Positions 1 to 13,259 of a DNA stretch of 64,000 bases are shown here, in pieces (position 1 is the first letter of the stretch; each line of letters opens with the position of its first letter). This stretch comes from Nageia nagi (taxonomy: Eukaryota > Plantae > Pinophyta): NCBI GenBank assembly GCA_050084985.1, contig JBITNC010000001.1, positions 83,638,001 through 83,702,000 on the forward strand. Direction: 5' to 3'. Position numbers and translations under genes: made by a program. The notes under the pieces are model-generated. The model worked only from the letters and a program-made list of their open reading frames with translations. It did no database searches and was not told where the DNA came from.

Positions 1-705
1 TTTAGATACAGTGTGCCTTATGAATTGTTCAAGGATAATGGTCCTAGATGTAAAGATAATGAAGTTAAGGAATTTTGTGTTAAATATCATATTGATTGGA
101 AATTATTTACCCTATGTTATTGTCAAGGTAATGATCAATCCAAAGCTTCTGACAAGATCATTAAGATTATCTTATCCAAAATCATTATAAAACATGGTAA
201 ATATTGGCATGAAAAACTCCTTTATGCTTTGTGGACCTATAAAACAATTATAAGAACATCTATAGGGGAAACCCCTTTCTCCATAATGTATGGTGATGAA
301 GTTGTAGTTCCCCTTGAATTAGAAATCCCATCTCTTCGTGTGTCACTAGATTACCTCATTCCTAATGAGGATAGAAGGAAAGCTAGATTAGCACAACTAG
401 GGGTCCTAAATGAAAAATAGGTTAATGATATAAAACACCTTCATGTCTATCATTCTAGAATCCAAAAAGACTATAGCAAAAAGATCAAGCATAAAGAATT
501 CAAATTTGGTGATCTGGTATTAAAAGAAAATCTTGCCAACACTAAAGCTATGGAAAATGAAATAAAGCTAAGTTCAAACCTAATTGGATAGGCATTACAT
601 TGTCACTACAAAGTATGAAAAGATGTGTATAAATTGTCCATAATTGAATGTAAAGAAGAACATAATCCAATTAATGTTATTCATTTGAAAAAGTTTTATA
701 TCTAA
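1..705 (+). pseudogene. Degenerate integrase C-terminus of Ogre/Tat-type Ty3/Gypsy element (family A, copy 1)
   Basis: ORF 13-420 reads DNGP..., WHEKLLYALWTYKT..., GETPFSIMYGDEVVVPLELEIPSLRV. After the stop it continues as FKFGDLVLKEN...(frameshift) KFKPNWIG...PINVIHLKKFYI*. Confidence 0.9.
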
Positions 706-1552
706 TCTTTTTCCTAAAAATATGTATTTCTTCATCTTTTCATACTAACATTTCAAGAAAACAAGGCATTAATCTAGTGATATCGCTATGTTTCTGGAGA
801 CATCATTAGGTTTAAATGATAAAAAATATCCAAAAGTTGGTTGTTTCTTCATAATCATGAGAAATTAATAAAAAAGGTATTTCATTTATTTATGTTCATC
901 TCATTTCCATAATAAGAGGCTTATAAATTAATTCTTGACAAAACATATCAATGTGGTATTTATTTTTCATATCATTGTTCATATAATTGCTCCCCTTTGT
1001 AAGAAATGGAAAGTTTTATCAATAAATCCATGGAAAAATGGTGGCTTCTGAAACCAAGTTTGTAATTCTTATCATTTGATACCTTCATAAGGAAGGGTAA
1101 ATATTATCATTTGGTACCTTTGTAAGCAAGGCCCATCCATATCAAAAACTCCATGACAACATGGTGGCTTGGGAAGCCAAGTTGATTAGTCTAAATTTAT
1201 TATTCATCTTCATCAAAATCTTGGTGGGTAAGTCACTAAGGATGTGTTTCCTTTCTTATCATACTTTCTATATCATGATGTTTAATACTTATATTTGAGA
1301 TATCTTGTGTAAAATATTTCTTTTCTAAGTTCTTTTTTAGCTTCCTTTTTTCTCTTCCTTGGATTTCTCCATAATGTCACAACCAAGTCAATCACAACCT
1401 AGTCAAAGATAAAGCATAGTATAGGTGAAAAACTAGGGCATCCAAAGCTACCACCATGAGATAATTTTTAGAGAATATTTTCTTACTTAACTTGTTATAC
1501 TTTGAATTTGTACTTTGATTATCTTTTATCCCAAAAGTATAAAAGCATATTC

Positions 1553-2289
1553 AAAGTGGGGCATCTATTAACACCTAAAGAGGAATTTTAATTTAATTAA
1601 AAATTCCCTTTTAATTATTCAAAATAAGTTATTTAATTTATTAATAAATGCTCTTCTCTATGTGCATTCTCATCTACCTTTATGTTTTATGTTAACATGT
1701 TAGTTTAACATCATAATAAGACTAAGGAGGAGCCTTAATACTAGACATGTTACCTATAAAGGTGGAGGGTTGTGCATGATCAAAGACATGATATGACATG
1801 ACATAATCCCAAATCCTTAATAGGTGGTAATATACTTGTATCATTCTTGACCAGTGTTTTTTAATGCCATCTATTATCTTTGGATTTTTTTACTCTAATA
1901 TCTATATTCCAATGATCTTTAATCTATTCATGAGCAATATTCTATGCATCAAAGGTGGGATGATGATATCTAGTGAAAGGATGAGGTATTGTAGAATGGT
2001 AACTTAACGACATCATTGGGTTCCTAGCATTGGTGCTAGGTTGAGGTCAAATTCATGGCTCTATCCTTTGAAGAAGCTCATTTTTCATCCTCTTTTGATT
2101 ATATTTTTCTATCATTCATCATGATAGGTAAAGTATATATTTGTATCTTATGTAAATCCAATTTTGATAGGTCAATGTCAATTAGGTCATTGTCATCTTT
2201 CATGTCATTGATTTCCTACTATTTCATGATAAATTGGTTAAATTAATATTCTCTTAGTAACCCTAATTTCTATTATTTCAATTATAACA
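1553..2289 (+). mobile_element. PPT (AAAGTGGGGCATC) and 3' LTR (1566-~2289) of family A copy 1
   Basis: PPT at 1553-1565 is followed by T(A/G)TTAACACC and the LTR ends ...ATAACA. It is homologous to the inverted copies at 4432-5164 and ~59250-59987. Confidence 0.8.
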
Positions 2290-2604
2290 ATAAGAATATT
2301 TAACAAATACATAAAAAATATTCTAACATTTTTCATTTAGGACAAAGAACTTATATCATGTAGGGGAAAGTGAAGGGGGATTATCAATATCACCACTTGG
2401 CTTCCATAATTGCTCCTCATAATTAAGGGGTAGGAGTTCCAAACCAACTTGCTCAACTCTTGGGATTTTTTTATTTATTGAATCAACAATGGCTTGGGAT
2501 CTTTAGAGAATGCATCCTAACTGTCATTATGATTAGGAAATTTGGACCTAGAGGAATCCCATGAAATTATTGTATAAGCAAGTTGGCAGTATGGATGAGT
2601 CAAA

Positions 2605-2795
2605 TACCTAAGGGGATACAACACTCGTTAAGTCCATGGTTATGTTCTAAGATGTCCCAAGTTTGAATCGCTCAATGGGAAGTACCACCCTTCACATGTG
2701 GCATGATTGATTTGAATCTAAGAGAGGTTGAAGATCCTTTCAAAATCATACCATTATTAGTATAATAAAAAACCACCCATCGATAATAAAAAAAT
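2605..2795 (+). mobile_element. Possible decayed tRNA-derived SINE
   Basis: B-box-like AGTTTGAATCG near 2660, shared words with the SINE head at 53860 (GATGTC.CAAGTT, CACATGTG, AGAGGTTGA), A-rich end near 2785-2794. Confidence 0.3.
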
Positions 2796-3149
2796 GGTTA
2801 AGTCAAAGATTTGGAATAGTCCCTCATGTAAGGGTGGTAATACTCACAAGATCACAATTAGTCTATAGGGTTTTGATAAGGAAGTACCTGAGTCACCATA
2901 CATGGAGCATTAAACTAGTGTTGAATAAGGATTTACAAATAGTTAGGTTTTATAGCCTCCTTATTTACGTATACTAAATTATGAATAAGCATATAAAAAT
3001 ATCATAATAATCTTGTAAGTTAGAAAGAAATAAACATCAAAAGAGTTAACTAAAAAAATACCTGCATTTCTAGTATTTCAAATGGTGAAAAGAATTTGGA
3101 CTCTAAGAATATGCCAAGCCTCCAACATGTAGCGTTAAAGACTTATATA

Positions 3150-4431
3150 TTTTTTTTTCAATATAAATTTGGGATGTTAAAACTCTTGTGTTTATTTAGA
3201 ATATCTTTAAAAATTTGAAATACCATCTTAGTATATTTTGTGGGATAAAGGTTCTTTCTTGGTAAGGGTAAATTTAAAGAGGTTTTTTATACAAGTATCC
3301 ACCTATTATTATAAATTTGAAATACTTTTGGTAACATCCTATGATTGTTTATTTTGATATTTTTAGGATCTTCTTGAATGCAACTTGGGTGGCTAAGAAA
3401 ATATTGTACACCATTTTCAACTATTAATATAATAAAAATATTTCTTAATTAAATCTAGTATAAAATTGTAGCATGTATATCAACATCCTTTTCTAATATT
3501 CCTATTTATTTCTAGGTTTGGGGAGAAACCTAATCCTAAAAACAACAAGCATTGTTTATTTTCAATTCCTAATTTCTTTAACATGTTATTTTTCTTGTAT
3601 TTGTCCTTCATTTGGATTCCCAACATATCTTTGATCTATATCTAGCTTCCTTGAAGCACTTTGTGTTATCCTATGATCACTCTTATGGATTTAAGTTTCT
3701 TCAAAATTTGATTGGCTTCCCAAAGGTAAGCTCTATCATATCAAATTCACCTATTTCCAACCATCATTCATAGGCCTTCCTTCCCTTATTTTTATGTCAT
3801 GAGCCTCCTCCTATAATAATAGAGTTGAACTATGTGGTCCCTTAGATCTTTCTAGATTGAGGGGCTCTTTCTTCCTTTTTTGTAGTAGCCACATTCCTAT
3901 TGATGAACTCTTTCTCATCTAATCTAGCCTCCACTTCCAATTTTAGTTGTTTATTAGCCATTTTTATATTCTTCTCCTCCTATTGTAGCTTTGATCACCA
4001 TTCTTGATGAGCAAGATATGAAATAGTGTTATGCCTAATCTAATTACATATGGAATATAGATAATTAATTTTTTCAAACCATAATTATTGGATCTACTTC
4101 CCTAAATTTGATTTGAACATCATATTCTTTGTAAGATTAACCCCAAATTCTACCATAGCATAAAATATTTCTTCTCTAAGTATAGTATGAGATTTCATGA
4201 CTTCATATACTATAATGGATTTACCAAAAGAGTTTATAATTCTTTCAATCATTTTCTAGTTCCAAAATTCAAAGGGAAGGTGTGGGAGAGTGGTCTAAAT
4301 TGGAGTAGTCATTATTTTTTCCTTGGAAGGGTTAAATCATGATTACCATTTCTTCAAGAATAACATCCTCTTTTAAAAAAACATTGAAAGCTAACCATGT
4401 AATCATAATCTTCTATATTATAAAAAATAAA
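3150..4431 (-). mobile_element. L1-type ORF1 (DUF4283) remnant without EN/RT, 5' part cut by LTR insertion
   Basis: Minus-strand translation ~4370-4100: RMLFLKKW*S*FNPSKEKIMTTPI*TTLPHLPFEFWN*KMIERIINSFGK. A T-run at ~3150-3158 may be the poly-A tail. Confidence 0.65.
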
Positions 4432-5597
4432 TGTAATATAATTATTATAATCAAAATAGTAATAAATATGGTTATTTATAATAAATTCAATTTAACTAAT
4501 TAACTATGAAATAACAATAAATGATGACATGAAAGATGATAATGACCTAATTTACCTTGACCTATCAAATTGGATTTATGAAAGATACAAACTTATACTT
4601 TACCTATCATGATAAATGAAGATGATATTTTCTCAAAAGAGAATGAATGATGAGCTTCCCCAAAGACCAGAGTCATAAATCCAAACTCAAACTAACATTG
4701 GAATTAAGATCCCAATGGTGTTGCCTAGATACCTTGTCAAATTACCTCACCCTTTCACTTAATTTTATCATCTCATCTTCGATGCTTAAATATCATTTAC
4801 GAATAAATGAAAAGGATCATACGAATGTAGAACTCAAAGAACAACAAAAGCTATAAATGATAGGTGGAATTAAGAAACACCTTTCAAGAATGATACAATT
4901 ATGTTACCACCTATCAATGGTTTAGTATCTTATCATTATTACTTATGCATAAAACCTCCACCTTTATAAGTAGCAAGTCTAGTGGTAAGGCTCCTCCTTA
5001 GGCTTATGGCGATGTTAGGCTGACCTATGATCATAAAATATAATGGTAGATGAGAGTGCATAGTAATTAGAGCATTTATTTAAAAAAATAAAGAAAATAG
5101 AAAATCATTTTATATACCTAAAAGTGTATTTTAATTAAATTAAAATTTTTTTTAGTTGTTAACAGATGCCTCACTTTGAATATGGTTTGATGCTTTTGGA
5201 ATAAAATATATACAAATCATAAATTCAAAGTATAACAAGAAAAGTAAGAAAGTACTCCCTAAAAATTTATCTCAAAGAAACAACATTAGATGCCTTGGTT
5301 TTTCACCTATATTATGCCCCCTCTTTATCTTGGTTACAACATGATGGACCTCTCATGTCATCATAATAGTAATCCTAGGAAAATACAAAGGAACCTAAAA
5401 AGATAACTCAAATATAGACATTAAATATCATGATATGAAAAGTATAATAAGGTATCAAACCTGTCCATGGTGACTTACCAATCAAGAATTTTAAGATGAA
5501 TATCTAATTTTAAATGATCAGCTTGGCTTCCTAAGCTACCATGTTAACATGGAATTTTTTGATATGGATGGCCCTTACTTACAAAGGTTCCAAGTAG
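4432..5597 (-). mobile_element. Family A copy 2: 3' UTR, PPT and 3' LTR (4432-5164)
   Basis: Reverse complement of ~1110-2289. PPT/LTR junction AAAGTGAGGCATC|TGTTAACA at 5177-5157. Confidence 0.85.
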
Positions 5598-6396
5598 GTG
5601 TTGCCAATAATAACAAAGGTGGATATTATTAAGCAAGAGTAAATTTTTTCATTGTTATCAACACATCATAAGAAATAAGATATCATTGGTGTCAACACAC
5701 CATAACAAAGAAGTAAAAAAGATAGAGAACATATGAAGTATGAGAAAAACCAGTGAACTCTAACAAATCAAATGAAGGCCAACAATGATGTCTAATAATG
5801 TAGAGTGAAGTCCAACAATCCAAGTTGAAGGACAATAATAAAAGGTGATGTTCGACATTGAAAAGTGGTGTCTAAAAATACAAAAGTGGAGTTTTATTGG
5901 TAAGAATGTTTTATAAAATAGGATTAGTTATATTTGGAGAGATATAACTCTTATCATAGGTTTCAAATTGATTTTATTACTTATTTATTGAATAGTTCTC
6001 AAAATAAGCTTTCCAATAAGTATATGCATGCCTATCTTTATCAAATAATTACACACTAAATGAAGCAATCTAGTAAAATATGGGGTTGATGCACCTTTTA
6101 GTTGTAGCTAATAAATTTGGGGTTGGTGCTCCTTCCAATGGATGTTGATAAATTGATTGTAAAGTTTTTGGTTTGTAATGGCTAGATTTGTAACATGATC
6201 CAAGCAGTCTTTTCCAAGGATGTAACCACATTGGTGAACCTCATTATATCTTTTATTATGTGATGTTCTCTTAGGATGCTTGTTTTACTTGTTTTTATGT
6301 TTGCACTATTTTATTTTAATTAGTCAAGATAAAGATTTAAGTTTTAATTTATCACATTGATTTAGCCTCCCTCTTAGTTTCACTTGGAGTGTAACA
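5598..6396 (+). mobile_element. PPT plus LTR of a Ty1/Copia-like element
   Basis: GTTGCCAATAATAACAAAGGTGGATATTATT resembles the GTTGCCATCAATGCCAAAGGGGGAGATTGTT PPT/LTR junction. The end TTGATTTAGCCTCCCTCTTAGT...GTAACA resembles such LTR 3' termini. Confidence 0.5.
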
Positions 6397-7423
6397 ATAA
6401 GAACACACACCATGCCTCCCATACATAACATACCCACACACAATGTAATATGCCACATTTACATTATGTGATCTTCATACTACATAGATAATAAAAATTC
6501 ACTACTAAATAATAACTAAACAATAGATTGATCTTCCCAATCAATAATGGTTACATTCTACACTACCTAGCATCATACTATAGTGCATATAGATTCCAAT
6601 CCAAATTCTTTCTAATCTACCAACATCTTAGCATCTACTAGAACTCCTTGGTTCATCTAAGTAGTGTTCTATATCTTTGTTATGGTAAAAATCCTCCATA
6701 AGAAATTGAAACAATGAGAATAAATGAGAATGTAAGAAACATGGATATAACATGGATTGATTTCATCCATTTCAATAATCACTACAATTCCTCCATGGAT
6801 ACATTTCCTCCTATATATGCTTAGGACTACTCCAACAATGGTAACAACCTGCCTATAGGAAAGGCTACCTCCAACTCTCTCACTTTCTCCCAAAAGTTCA
6901 TTTTCCAACTTGGGTTTTCTAATCACCTCAAAGGATCCTCACAAATGCATTCTACTTTACCAAACCTATATTTTTGCATTCCCATGACTTGACATTTTTA
7001 TGACCTCCTATAGAAGTTATGACCTTTTACCTACCTCAAGATTCCATTGTTTCCATGGCATGGATGCTCCCAATGATAAATGGCATGACATGGCACTCTA
7101 AATGTAATATATTGGTTAAGGGTAGTTAGTAGGAAATTAACACTTATGGAAGTCAAAATTTCAACAAACATAGGCATGTGTATACTTGTTGCAAAGGTAT
7201 CTTAGATGAATAATCGATAAAGAAAGAATAAATACAATTATATATATGTATCAAAACTTATACCTTTATAAAGATGATTGATCTATTTTCATGATAGGTT
7301 CTAGCTATATCAACACCATAAAATCATTAGGAAGTAGTTAGAAGCACAACATAAACATTAACATTCACTAATTTCTCACTCATGTGATATTTGACATTAA
7401 TTACATGATCCATTTTTTGATCA
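6397..7423. repeat. ~1.03-kb direct repeat, copy 1 (LTR-like)
   Basis: Colinear with 9443-10478 throughout, from ATAAGAACACACAC to GATCCATTTT..ATCA. Confidence 0.85.
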
Positions 7424-8100
7424 AACCTTCCAAATGCAAAGGCTTTTGGTACCACAAAAGCTATAGAAACTTTGAAGGATTATGATTCCCAATTGAGCTT
7501 GTTCCTTCCTTCCAATATGTCATCCTCATGAATTCATATATCTATGGATCCAAGATCATAAGAAGATCAAGAATGAATTATGTAAGGAGAAATAATTGTA
7601 CTAAGCATTGAACTAACTTAACTTATTATACAACTTCAAATGACTAATTTAAATAATGTTAATGATCTAAAAATAGTCTTGCACAATGCCAATGATGTAC
7701 ACCCTACTGAACAAATGAAATATATTTGATTGTGAGCATGGAGATGCTTGGTACACTAATCTCCACTCCTAACATTAGACTCTAAATTGATTCATTTGAA
7801 TCATGTCTTCCTGATGGGAAATGAAATATGATCTTTCAAGAAGATAACTCAATGAAAAACACCAAATCAATCAACAATTGTTGAACCTCCACAATATACC
7901 AATACAAGTTGAAAAGCATTCAATTCCTTTAAGAAGTTCAATAATCCCATCAAATTTCCACTCTCTTCTATGTTAACAAAAATAACATACTTCTAAGAAT
8001 CTGGCCATAATTCTTAGATTTCAAAGTTTTTAATTAAAAGAATCCTATGAAGCTATAGCAATGGATACCAACACCCAATCATGCCGAACTTTGAACTTAC

Positions 8101-8653
8101 ACTCTAATACCATGTGATCTATAAATTTCTATAAAGCCATGCTTAATCAAGAAGTATTAAACATATTTTCAAATTACATTTTAATCATACATTAATTCAA
8201 CCATTTTATTTTCTTAATCCCCAACTTGATCAATTGAATCCATGTTCTTCCATATTTTACAACCCATAAACTATGAAAATGCACTTAAACATAATTAGCG
8301 TAACCATACAATAAGATCCATGCTCCAACATGTAACATCATTACTAGTTCCCATTCTTGAATAAAAACTAGTAAAGAAATACATATAAAAAATGGAACTA
8401 CAAATATTTATTTTGGTTTTTCCAATGTGGGCTAATCCATCAAGGAATAGAGCTCTTTTTATTTGTTAACAATATTACAATAGTGTAAGACTATGGAAAA
8501 TATAATATCTCACAATAATATACAATGCTTCCTCTCTATATAGCAATATTATGAACCAATGAATCCATATCTTTGATCTAACAATTGAATATTATCGAAA
8601 AGTTACTAGAATAAAAGTTAGGAATGGTGCTCAAATATCTATGGCCTCTAACA
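8101..8653 (-). mobile_element. LTR plus Met-tRNA PBS of a minus-strand LTR element
   Basis: The reverse complement of 8101-8120 is AGATCACA|TGGTATTAGAGT, the same junction as AGATCACA|TGGTATCAGA at 63283-63300. The right boundary is uncertain. Confidence 0.55.
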
Positions 8654-9442
8654 CTCATCAATTAACTGAATCAGGTATACACTCTCAAGCCTTCATAGAA
8701 TAACCTAAGAAAATATGAATAATATTTCATGAGTTCTAATAGAAGTACGAGACTCAATAACTAACCTTTTTGACTTTACAATCATGATGGGGGTGCTCTA
8801 AACATAGAACAATATAATATCAATGCTTTGAATCCCATATCAAATATTGATGAAAATGCACCCTATGACTTTGGACTACATCAAGACCTACATGTGAAGA
8901 TCTCCAATGATAATCTTGACTATATGACCTCTGACATCTAATATGAGTCTATTGCACAACCTTCAAGAAGCTAACATCATGAAGGGTGATAACTCATCTA
9001 ACTACTAGAAAATTTTCCTTCATAACTTGAAAATAATCATATTTTTAAGTTACCAATATGTTATGGCTATCATGCATAACATTCTCACTCTTGAAATTGT
9101 TGCCACATTCATACCAAGCCATTCTACTTCAATAATACAAAATAGTATAAAATCACCATGAAGTAATAAACAACTTCATCCTACACCAAGAATCATACTT
9201 GCATACTGAACAACAAGTCTATGATGTTTCAATCTCCATGTATACAACAACAATATTGGAAATACAAATGATGAGAAGGTCTCATGAAGGCCTCTATTAC
9301 CTTAGATTGATTCCCATTCACTATGTCAAAATAAGTATCTTCATGGCTCTACATACTTAACATCAACAGTAAGGTATGATACTTATCTATCCAATAATAC
9401 CCATTATTCCATTTCCAAAGAATAATTAATGATAAAAATACA

Positions 9443-10478
9443 TGTAATAAGAACACACACCAATGCCTCCCACACATAGCATACTCACACATAATACAAT
9501 ATGTGACATTTACATCATGTGATCTTCCTACTTCATAGATAATGAAAACCCACTATAGTAACTAAATAATGGAATAATCTTCCCAACCAATAATGGTGAT
9601 ATTATCCACTACTTAGCATCATACAATAGTGCATATGGGTGCGAATGAAGTCTTTTCAAACCTATAATATCCTAACATCTACTAGAACTCCTTGGATTTA
9701 TAACAATAGTGTTCTATGACTTGGTTATGGTAGAAATCATCTACAAGTAACTGGAACAATGAGAAAAAATAAGAATACAAGAAACATGGATATACCTTGG
9801 ATTGATTTTATCTATTTCAACAACCACTATAGCTCCTTAATGGCTACATATCCTGCTATCTATGGCTAGGAATGCTCCAATAATGGTAAAAGCCTACCTA
9901 CAGGAAAGGCTAGACCTACAACTCTCTCACTTTCTCCCAAAAATTCTTCTTTTTCCAACTTGGGTTTGCCAATCTTCTCAAAGGCTCCTCAAATATGCAT
10001 TTTACTTTATAGACCTATATTTTTGCATTCCCATGACTCTACATCTCATATGACCTCCTGTAGAAGTTGTGACCTTTTACCTACTCCAAGATTCCATTAT
10101 TTCCATGGTGTGGGCACTCTAAATGAAAAATGACTTGACATGGGCACTCTAAATGTAGTATATTGGATAAGTAATGTTCATAGGAAATCAACACTTATGG
10201 AAGTCAAAAGTTCAACAAACATAAGCATGTGTATAGTCGTTAGAAAGGCATCTTCCATTAATTATCCAATTAATAAAGAATCAACTCAATTGGATATATG
10301 TATAAAATTTTATGCCTTCCCAAATATGATTGATCTATTTTCATGACAAGTAATTATAGCTATATCAACACTACAAAACCATTAGGAAGAAGGTCCAAAC
10401 ACCACATAAACATTAGCATTCACTAAGTTTTCACTCATGTGATATTTTATATTAATAATGTGATCCATTTTCGAATCA
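9443..10478. repeat. ~1.03-kb direct repeat, copy 2 (LTR-like, TG...CA)
   Basis: Begins TGTAATAAG, ends GAATCA, and is homologous to 6397-7423. Confidence 0.85.
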
Positions 10479-10499
10479 AGAAAATCAAGTGAGGATTTT

Positions 10500-11960
10500 T
10501 ATTGTAGATGTAATAGTGAATACCATACTTACCTAGAAATAAGTTGGGGTAACTTGAGATTTATGGATATAGCCAAAGTTTAGGAACATGATCTTAAATT
10601 CAAATTGGTCAAGCTAGTAAGATGAAGATGGTATTTTTGATCTTATTTCTATTATCAAACCACCAAAATAATAAAATCAAACACCACAAGTGGTCACTAT
10701 TACATCATAGCTAAATTGGTATATGATATTTTAAAGTACCTATAAATAAGAGGAGCACCATAAGAATTATCATTCAATGTTAAATGAGCTCTCAAAGTAA
10801 GATTAGAGAAGTACTATCTCTATGGTAATATTTTATTTAGAGAAACAAATTGATGGCATGTTGTTAATATATGTAGAAGATGATAAAAATAGAAAATATT
10901 AAAAAAATTCCATGATGGAGTATATAAATGACATTTTACCCCATGATAGCAACATATAAAATATTAAAGGTTGGGCATTATTGGGCCACTCTACTTCAAG
11001 ATTTTCATATACATGTTGGAATTTATGTTGAATATCAAGAACTTGTAGGTAGAGAAAAGTTTAGAACAATCCCACTTAAAGCCTATCATAGATGATGGAC
11101 CTTTTTCCAAACGGGGATAAAATTTCAAAGGGACCATTAATATTGATTCTAAAAAATTTTATTCCTATATATCTTAATTGTAATTGATTATTGTACCAAA
11201 TAGGTTGAAGTTATTCTTACTTGGCATGCATCTTCCAAACATGTTATTATCATTTTGAAAAAGAATATTTACTCTAGGTTTGGTGTTCTTGTTAGACTGA
11301 GTGAAGATAATGCTAGATGTTTTATCTCTTTATAACTAATCAACCATGACTTATAATATAATGTCCAACTATAGAATATTTTTACTATTACGCATAAAGC
11401 AAGAACCTTTTTGAATTCATTAAAAATATTTATAAAAGTGTTGCTATGAATCTTTGTTAGAACAAAAGAAACTAACATAATAAGTCATATTTTTTCCTAT
11501 GGGATGATAGAATAACCCTTAAAGAATCTATAAAGTGTTCCCTTTTTAATTTGGTTTATGAAAGAGAAGTAATCATCCCTCAGCAATTGGAAATTCCATG
11601 TCTAAAATTGATTGAAAATATTAAACAACAGGAATACTTGATCAATAGATATATTGAACTAGTGGAACTTGAAGAAAACATGGAGATAAAATCTAAGAAT
11701 GAGATAAAAATAAAAAGAAAATGAAAACATACTTTGATGAAAATAGATGAGGAAAAGATATTTTGAAATTGATGATAAACTTTGGTTATGGGATAATTGA
11801 CATGAAGACAAACGGAAACATGAAAATATTGATTCTCTTTGGTTATGTCCCTATGAAATTTATGAGAAAGTATTGAATGATACTTATAGACTTTTTGAGG
11901 GTGAAAGCATGGTGTTTCCCATTACCTATAATGTGATCTATTTGAAGAAATATTTTACAA
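10500..11960 (+). pseudogene. Heavily degenerate Ty3/Gypsy RNase H-integrase
   Basis: Remnants include WPLYFKIF, VEVILTWHASSKHVII, RFGVLVRL, and WDN*HEDKRKHENIDSLWLCPYE (cf. WD..EDKGKH.KFDSLWLGPY). Confidence 0.65.
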
Positions 11961-13259
11961 GGAATGTTAATACCAAGAGGATTGAAGAGATTTTCAAAAA
12001 ACCTAGTTGAGGCTAGACCTATAGAAATATTTCAAAATTAAAATTAAAATTTTAAAATAAAATAAAATTGATAATAGGTAATGATTTTGAATGATTAGAA
12101 CTAATTCTTAAACTTATAGAAATTACCTATAAAGAGTGTGGTAAATTAATTTATTTTAATAGAGATTTGTAAAGATGAATATCTTGAAATAGGATAATCT
12201 TTATAAAAGGATACTTAACATCTTAAGTTTGGGGTATTATATGATATTTACATAAGTGATCCTTCAATTTCAAGGAACCATTATATTTACATTTGGATCT
12301 TAAGAAAAAATCAATTACATGAGGAATATATTAATTTACATATAAGAAATATATCAAATTAGTAACAGTTGTCACTAAAGTATCTTTTAAGTTTAACCAT
12401 GAGGGTTTGGGGTTGTTATAACAAGTTTGAAGAAAGATCATCCCCTTCAAATTCATGACGTTGATCTTTATAATATTGAGAAGGTATCTTTTATCCTTAT
12501 TATTATCCTCATTGTTTGAGGTAACTTTGTTAGGTCTATTGGATGCTTGTTAAAAGTAGTGGTAATTCCAAAGTGAATAATCATTAGGATTGTATATGGT
12601 TGAGCTTGTACACCATTTTAAAGTACCAAAAAGTGGATTTTTTTTTTCAGAAAGTAGTTAATGCCTCTAATCGAAAATTAATGAAGATGACTATTTTGCA
12701 CACAATAGGAACACATCATGTCATAATGATATGGTATACTATCTCGATGATGGGTCTTATTACTTATGTTTTGAAATGGTCTTAGTATAATTCAATTATC
12801 TTTATAAAGGGATCTTGGGGATTATTTAAAGGAAAAAATTGCAAGTGCCCTCAAGGAAACTTTGAAAAGTGCTTTATGAAATCTCATCATGTTATTAGTC
12901 TAGCTTATTTTGAACAAGCGAGAAGAATTCATTATGTCAAAATATTTGTTTATGACTAAAATTATTAATATCTAAAGAATTATCTATTCATGATTAAAAC
13001 TTGTTGGTATAAAATTTTTGTAGAATAATAACTGAAGACACTAAGAACTTTAAACTTGAAAAAAATAAATTATCCTTCTATAAAACTAGTATTCTTGCTC
13101 ATATTAAATTTTCTAATTTTTTTTAATAAACTTAAAGAAATTTTTTTAAAAAAAAGCACATTAAAATTAAAACAATTTCAAAAATAAAAAATAGAAATGA
13201 AAAGATTAAAAATTTAATAAAATTAGTTAACTTAAAAGAAGAAGAAAAAAAGTGAAACA

